From Pristiophorus japonicus (Eukaryota), in assembly GCF_044704955.1 (NCBI RefSeq), contig NC_091980.1:130758001-130822000 (forward strand): 64,000 nt of DNA. Reading direction: 5' to 3'. Position numbers and translations under genes: made by a program. Below are positions 56,246 to 64,000 of the stretch, one piece after another (positions within the stretch are counted from its first letter, which is position 1; each line of letters begins with the position of its first letter). Under the pieces are notes generated by a model that worked only from the letters and a program-made list of their open reading frames with translations, was not told the origin of the DNA and made no database searches.

Positions 56246-58430
56246 TGAGCTCAAGGACAGCATTTATTGTCCGTCACTAATTGCCTTTGAGAAGGTGCTG
56301 GTCAGCCATCTTCTTGAACCGCTGCAGTCTTGTGGTGAAGGTACTCCAACAGTGCTTTTCGGGAGGGAGTTCCTGGATTTTGCCGCAATGACGAAAAAGG
56401 AATGGTGATACACACCAACCTGACTTGGAAATGTAACGTGGCGGTGAACTTGCAGGCGATAGTATTCCCAAACTTCTGCTGCCCTTGTCCTTCTAATTGC
56501 TAGAGCTCGTGGGTTGGCTTGTGCTGCTGAAAAAGCCTTGGCGAGTTGCTGCAGTGCATCTTGTCGATGGTACACACTGCAGCCATGGTGCACCGGTGGT
56601 GGAAGCAGTGAATGTAGAAGGTGGTGGATGGGATGCCAATCAAGCGGCCTGCTTTGTCCTGGATGGTGTCGAGCTTCTTGATGATTGCTGAAGCTGCACT
56701 CAGCCAGTCAAGTGGAGAGTATTCCACCACACACCTGACTTGTGCCTTGTCGATGCTGGAAAGACGTTAGGTGTCAGGAGGTGAGACACTCACCGCAAAA
56801 TACCAAGCCTCTGGCCTGCTCTTATTACCAGACTATTTATGTGGCTGGGCGAATTCAGGTCTTGATCAGCGATGACCCCCAGGGGTTAATGCTGGGGAAT
56901 TCAGCGGCAGTGAATGTTAAGGGCAGGTGGTTAGACTCTCGCTTTTTGCAGATTGTCATTGCCTGGCACTTGTGTGGTGCCATTGTTACTTGCCCATTAT
57001 CAGCCCCACACCGAATGTCATCCAGGTCTTGCTGCATGTGGGCATGGACTGCTTCATTTTCTGATGTCTTGCAAATGGAACAGAACACTGTGTAATCATC
57101 AGCAAATATTCCCACTTCTGGCCTTTATGATGGAGGGAAGTTCAGTGATGAAGCAGCTTAAGATAGTTGGGCCAAGGACACTGCCTTGATGTATTCCTGC
57201 AGAGATGTCCTGGGGCTGAGATGATTGACCTCCAACAACCACTTCCTTAGTGCTAGATATGAGTCCAGCTCATCGAGAATTTTCTATATTCGCATCGACT
57301 TCAATTTTGCAAGGGCTACTTGATGCCGCACTCCATCAGGTGCTGCCTTGCTGTGAAAGGTAGTCACTCTCACCTCACCTGTAATTCAGCTCCTTTGTAC
57401 ATGTTTGGACCAAGGCTGCAACGAGATCAGGAGCTGAGTGGTCGTGGCACAACCCAAACTGGGCATCGGTGAGCAGATTATTGTCGACAAAATCTTCCCT
57501 CACTTTGCTGATGATTGAGTGTAGAATGATGGGGCGGTAATTGGCCTGAATGGATTTGTCTGGCTTTTTCTGGACAGGACGTACCAGAGCAGTTTTTCAC
57601 ATTGTTGGGTAGATGCCAGTGTCTCTGTACTGGAACAGCTTGGCTTGAGGTGTGGCCATGAATTTACAGATTTGGTGCAATACAATTCTGCAGTTGCTGA
57701 TGACACAGTGCCTCATGGATGCCCAGTTTTGAGCTGCGAGATCTGTTTTGAATCTATTCCATTTAACACTGGTCAAACCACTCACCACGAAGGAGGGTGT
57801 CCTCAGTGTGAAGACAAGACTTTGTCTCCACAAGGACTGTCTGGTGGTCACTGCTACCAATGCTGTCATGGACAGATGAATCTGTGACAGGTAGATTGCT
57901 GTGGACAAGATCAGTAGGTTTTTCCTTTGTGTTGATTCTCTCACCATCTGTCGGAAGCCCAATCTCGATGCTGTGTCTTTCAGGTCTCAGCCCGCTTGCT
58001 CAGTGCTACCGAGCCCCTCTTGGTGATGGACATTGAAGCCTATTGCTATAATCAGTGCTTCTTCCAAGTGGCCTTCAACATGAAGGAGTGCTAATTCATC
58101 AGCTGAGCGCGGGTGGTAGGTGGTACTCAGCAGGAGGTTTCCATGCCCAAGCTTGATCTGAACCCATGAGACTTGATAGAGTCCAGATTAAATGTTCAGG
58201 ACTCCTACCACTACTCCCTCCCGACTGTATACCACTGAGCCGCCACCTCTGGTGGGTCTGCCCTTCTGATGGGACAGAACATACGCAGGGATGGTGAAGG
58301 AGGAATCTGGGACATTGGCCGAAAGGTATGATTCTGTGATTATGACTATGTCAGGCTGTTGCTTGGCTAACCTGTGGGACAGCTCTCCCCATTTAGGCAC
58401 AAGATACCAGATGTTAGTGAGGAGGACTTT
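56246..58430 (-). mobile_element. Duplicate of the APE-RT LINE
   Basis: Near-identical to 15815-18000. Confidence 0.8.
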
Positions 58431-59239
58431 GCAGGGTCGACTGGGCAGGGTGTACCATTGTCATGTCAGAAGCCGGTGCCGAGGTCAATGCCGGGTTGTC
58501 CATCCTGTTTTATTCTAATTATTGTTTCTCGTAACGGTTTGTTACAACTGATTGGCTTGCGAGGCCATTTCAGAGGGCAGTTAAGACTCAACCACATTGC
58601 TTTGGGTTTGGAGTCATATCGGCCAGATTTCCTTCCCGAAGGACATTACTGAAGCAGATTGGTTTTTTTGACAATCCGATAGCTCCCTGGGCAACATTAC
58701 TGATACTAGCTTTTTATTCCAGATTTTAATTTAATTAATTGAATTTCAATTCCCCAGCTGCCATGGTGGGACTTTGGATTATTAGTCCAGGCCTCTGAAT
58801 TACTTGTCCAGGAACATAACCACTATGTTACCGCACTCTTTGCATCTCTCAATGGCACTTTTGGAGTATCGATGTCACCACAATTCATACATTGATGAGT
58901 CACAATTCTACAAGTCATGTTGGGTTTTGCGTGCTGATGAGTTTCACGGCTTCATGTTTCAGATAAAACAAATTCTTCAGCTCACTCGATGTGAAAAACT
59001 TTACAGATGCCCTTGTTTTAAGAATTACATAGAATTTACAGCACAGAAAAAGGCCATTCAGCCTGGCAAATTGCAGTGGTGAGCGGTCCTTCTTGAACGT
59101 AAAATGTATCTAGGATGATGTGAGGAAACGACTGAGACAAGATCGATTTAATTGTCTTTCAATCATTAGCATGGAGAGCGAAGTACTGAGAGGACTTGAC
59201 TTCACACACTGAACCTCCTCCCAACTTCATTTAACCCTA

Positions 59240-60643
59240 TCAGGGTAACAATGGACATGATCTTTGCAGCACGCCAATTGCAGGAAAAATACAGGGAGCA
59301 GCGCCAGCCCTTATAAATGCCATTTTTCGATCTTATTAAGGCCTTTGAGACTGTCGACAGTGAGGGCTTATGGAGCGTCCTCCCTCCATTTTGGATACCC
59401 CCAAAAGTTTGTCAACGTTCTTCGCCTGCTCCACATCGACATGCATGCTGTGAGCCTTATCAGCAGATTTGTTACAGACCCATTCCACGTCCGAAGCGGG
59501 GTCAAACAGGGCTGCTTCATCGCTCCAACGCTTTTCTCAATCTTCCTCGCTGCCAACTCCACCTCACTGTCAACAAGCTTCCTGCTGGAGTGGAACTAAA
59601 CTACAGAATCAGTGGGAAGCAGTTTAATCTATGCCCTCTCCAGACCAGGTCCAAGACCACCCAAACCTCTGTCGTTGAACTGCAGTATGCGGACGACGCC
59701 TGCGTCTGCGCACATTCTGAGGCTGAACTCCAGGATTTAGTCGATGTAGTCACTGAGGCATATGAAATCATGGGCCTTGCACTTAACATCCATAAGGGAA
59801 AGTGCCTCCATCAGCCTGTCTTCGCCGCACAGCACGGCCCCCCAGACATCAAGATTCACGGCGTGGCTCTCGACAATGTGGACCACTTCCCATACCGCGG
59901 GAGCCTCCTGTCAACAAAGGCAGACATCGATGCGGAGATTCAATATCGCCTCCAGTGCGCCAGTGCAGCCTTCGGCTGCCTGAGGAAAGGAGTGTTCGAA
60001 GACCAGGCCCTCAAACCTACCACCAAGCTCACGCTCTACAGGGCTGTATTAATACCCACCCTACTGTATGGATCAGAGGCATGGATGACTTACAGAAGGC
60101 ACATCTCGTCGCTGGAGATATATCACCAAAGATGCCTCCGTAAGATGCTGTAAATTCTCTGGGAGGACAGATGCACCAACATCAATGTCCTCGCGCAGGC
60201 TAACATCCCCAGCATTGAAGCACTAACCACATGTGATCAGCTTTTCTGGGCAGGCCACTTAGTCCACATGCCAGACATGAGACTCTCTAAGCAACTGCTC
60301 TATGCGGAACTCCTTTATGGCAAACGAGCCAAAGTTAAGCAGCGGAAACGTTACAAGGACACCCTCAAAACCTCTCTGATGAAGTGCGACAGCACCACTG
60401 ATGCCTGGGAGACCCTGGCCGAAGTCCATCCTAGTTGGAAAAAGTGCATCCGGGAGGGCGTTGAGCTCTTCGAATCTCAACGCTGCGAGCGTGAAGAGGT
60501 CAGGCAGCGGAAGGAAGGTGTGGTATATCAGTGACACCCACCGCCTTCCCCCGACGAATATCTGTCCCATCTGTGACAGGGCCTGTGGCTTTCATGTTGG
60601 ACTGTTCAGCCACCAACGAACTCACTTTAGGAGTGAAAGCAAG
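59240..60643 (+). mobile_element. Duplicate RTE LINE with its 3' tail deleted
   Basis: Near-identical to 18810-20214; ORF 59317-60153. Confidence 0.88.
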
Positions 60644-61484
60644 CCTCAAATTCAAGATTCTTATCCTTGTATTAAAATCCCACCATGGCCCTTCCCTCAC
60701 CTCTTTTCCCAACACATTGATAATATCGGTGCTGTTTCCTGCTCTCACAATAAACTGGAACATTTAATTCACTATTTTCCCAATTTCCACCCTTCACTCA
60801 CCTTCACATTGTCCATTTCTGTCACTTCACTTCCCTTTCTCGACTTCTCTGTCTATCGTCTCAGTCTATCAGACAAATATCCAATGAGTTGTTTGGATGT
60901 TGCTTCAAACCCGCAGATACCTGCAAATGATCAACCCACTGAACAATCCAGAACTATTAAAAAAACACTGACTCGCAAACAACAGAGGATTCAATGAATC
61001 TTTCAAGGTGGCCATTAACTGGTCCAGGCAGAGCACGGTCGATAGGGTGTTCTCTCTGTCTGCCTGCCTCTCTTCTGCGGCTATTTCCGCGCGCGGGTAT
61101 CCCTGGATTGGGAGCACGCGGTGTCTGCCGGTATGCTTGAGGCTTTCCGTCATCGGAGGGCACCAGAGGGAGGGGAGCGCAGCGTGGATACAGGGAAATA
61201 ATGTAAAATTTTTAGTTTTTTTGTTAGTTTTGTCGTAATGTGGATCTGAAAGTTTATTCCCCCTTATAAAGGGAGCAGTTATGGTTTAAGTGTTTCCGAT
61301 AGCTGAATTAAACATTCCAATTAATTAGCCCAAAGAATAGAGAATCCAATTAAACCTGTGACTCTGGATATTTGAACTGTGTTTGAGAATAGTTAGGACA
61401 ATTGAGATCCTCATTGAGATGTCAACCAATGATGCTCATTCTTCAAAGATCTGACTGGCTCTGGGAGTCCATCTCCCTCCTCCC

Positions 61485-61589
61485 TTTACTTGATTGGTGC
61501 TCTGAGAAGATGCAACTTCTGATTGGGTATTGATCACTGTCACTCATCATCAAGAATGCCACACCCTGGATTATCCCTCAGTATAAATA
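61485..61589 (+). promoter_or_regulatory. Core promoter of ferritin F
   Basis: TATAAATA at 61582-61589; near-identical to the promoter of C. Confidence 0.65.
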
Positions 61590-61664
61590 TAGGTGTTTGA
61601 TATTAGTGAAATGTTACCTTTGTATTTCTACAAAGTTTTTACTTTGGAAAAATAAAATATTAAG

Positions 61665-61766
61665 ATGGTTTTTCAAGTGTGTCAAAATTACCACCAGGAC
61701 TGTGAGGATGCTGTCAACAAGCAGATCAACATGGAGCTTTCTTTCTCCTATGTTTATCTCTCTATG
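61665..61766 (+). CDS. fth1-like: Ferritin-like copy F, exon 1 only (C-type; the rest lies beyond the window, functional status unknown)
   Basis: [34 protein letters not shown] followed by a gtgagt donor. E27 is retained, unlike copy C. Confidence 0.8.
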
Positions 61767-62569
61767 GTGAGTTTTGTGTTTTTTGCCACTTTACAATGGA
61801 GACTATGTAATGTGAATTTATGAAATCCTGTGCTGTACACAGCTCACCTCTTGCTCTCTTTCTGTCCACCCTGCCTTCCCCCCCCACCCAGCCTTGAATC
61901 TATGCAGTGAATTCACTTTTAAAGCTATAATATGATACAATTTATCTTAATTTGTATTTGTTAACAAATTCTCTCTGTTCCTTGTATCATCTGATTATCT
62001 TGATTCTTTCTTTTTCCTGGAATCTTGAGCTTGATTAAGTTTATTTGGAATACATTCTGCACACAATGCAAGGAATTCAGAATTAGTATCCTCATTCTAA
62101 ATCACTGCATGGGCTTTCCTTACCTTGCTGGTTCAATGGGTGGTGACATAAAAATAAATTTAGGCCATTTAGGAGGGAAGTCAGGAAGTATTCTTTCCCG
62201 CCAGTGTGGTGGAAATCGGAAACACTTTTTCTCCCAGCCATCCCTCACCTCCACAGGGGGAGGATGGGAGGAAAGTGTTACAAATGTTTCTGCTTCCCTC
62301 CTGTTCCTAGTGTTTCTAACCTCTTAATTTTAAGTACCAGATTGTATCCTTTTTTTCCTCGAACTTTTAGCACCAATAAAGCAAAGAAAGTTCATCAATT
62401 GTCTGCACTGTGGACTCTACCTTAACCCCGTGATCTTCAACAAGCACTTCAAATTCTGAGGGGTTCTCATAAAACTTTTTTTTTTTCTGTGGTCTCTGCT
62501 TCTCCGCTACTGTGCCAAATTAATGCTGCTTGTGGTAATTTTAGTTCCTTGGCATGATTGTAGCCAGTA

Positions 62570-64000
62570 TGTTGGCATGAATGTTGTCTCAGCAGAATCA
62601 CTCAACACTGTCGGTTCCCATGCCAATGCGGCCTTTATTTTGGCATGCGGGGAGGAAGCCTCAGGACTGGATCCAGGCAATTCTCTCTGATGAACAAAGA
62701 AACTCAGCGATATTTGTTTTACAATAGTTTTTTACAGTTACTCAGCCCACTTCGGCTGTTCACAATCCAATCATAACGATTATAGATTACACTTCGGTTT
62801 CTTTAACCCAATAAAATTCCCCATATACCTCAGGGGCTGTATGTTCGGTTTTGTCAGCTCGGGCTGATTAATGACCTCGTTTATGTGAGGCAGGTTCTCC
62901 CCTTATCTCTGTTCCTCGTGGCTCGGCTGTGTGAAGTCACTGATTTATACCAGTGTACTATAATGGTTCGTTATAATTATCTTGTATCCAAGGCATTCCT
63001 GGTAGTGGGCCTCACATGGTCATTGCTCAGTCATTGCTCGAGTTCATTACTTGACTAATTGAGTACCCATCATGCCTGGACAGCCATTTTGTGTGTCCAC
63101 TTTAAACTTGAGTTTAGATATATTCAGCAGGTGCCTAATGCCTAGTGTTTTGATATATTCAGCAGGTGCCTAATGCCGACAACAATTCTCCCCCCCCACC
63201 CCCCCCCCTTCGGTAAAGGGACTAGTCCTAGTCCCCCTTTAACCGACCGTCCTACTTTTATTAGATTTTGTGCACGGCCTGGTACTCCCTGCCTCAATGT
63301 GCTGGCGAGTCATGTGGTTTCAGGAGTCCCGGTTGCTTAAATCAAATTAACAAAGGCCAAATCCTCCTGCCCCTTTATTAGACAGGCTTGTTTAGTATTT
63401 GGGGACCGGTCATGGGTCCCTCTTCGTCGTGCTGGGTGCCTGCATGCCTGGCAGGCCATTCTGCCCCATGTTACTACTAAGATCAATTGTATCCCGACCG
63501 GTATGTGTGAAATTATTTGAATCCAAGGATGGATGTTCACATTTATTCCCCACTCCCAGACCTTTCTCCACCAACTCTGACTTTGTAAGTCTACTTCGAT
63601 ATCTTCTTTCAGTACTTTGATTTTAGTTTGCAGTTGGTGGTAGAGCTTTACGGATTGACCCACCCTGAGTGTCAATTCTCGCAATACTTCGGTTCGATGT
63701 GGGATCGGGACCTGCTCTGACTCGTCATAATCCTGCAAACGATCGTGGAGCTGATCGGTTACATAAATAACTTCAGGCTTCCAGTGCCTAACCTGGGTGA
63801 TATGCGCTTGCCCGATTGTGACAAGTCGTAGTGGTGCAAAGCAAATGTTAGGCTGTGGTATCGGGCACTGCAGGTCATTATACCGGTATGAACGCTCTGT
63901 GGTAGAGACGCAGTATCTTCCCTTCCCTCTGTAACCTACCCTCGCGAAGTGCCTGTGTGCGGGCACTATTTCTAGTACACACCTGTCGGTTCGGTTAAAC
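62570..64000 (-). mobile_element. Duplicate of the env-LTR element (3' LTR 62570-63184 plus env C-terminus), truncated by the window edge
   Basis: Near-identical to 22410-23840 with the same cagta flank; env ORF 63337-63966. Confidence 0.92.

Overview
Eukaryotic (vertebrate) genomic DNA. The LINE/SINE/LTR repertoire suggests a cartilaginous fish, which is an inference. The window is a tandem array of six four-exon ferritin heavy/middle-type genes, all on the + strand. Copy A (exons 2-4 only) is a pseudogene; B (11552-14131) is intact, 176 aa; C (21505-37114) and D (41477-47361) are pseudogenes; E (51957-54532) is intact and a near-twin of B; F (61665-) has only exon 1 in the window. The array is built from segmental duplications: 1-9.8 kb matches 30.6-40.3 kb, and 9.8-23.8 kb matches 50.3-64 kb. 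Introns and spacers hold two copies of a Gypsy element nested in a solo LTR, a non-autonomous gag-protease Gypsy whose primer-binding site appears inverted, CR1/RTE/other LINE fragments, Deu-type SINE remnants and a Harbinger-like MITE. Two things stand out. First, a 6.7-kb LTR element with 5-bp TSDs has no recognisable pol but carries a spliced env whose fusion subunit looks like a large class I (F-protein/Loki/foamy-like) fusogen. Second, every ferritin 5'UTR visible lacks a canonical iron-responsive element, and the copies show a graded series from degenerate IRE, to replacement hairpin, to nothing. All identity estimates are by eye; no searches were run.
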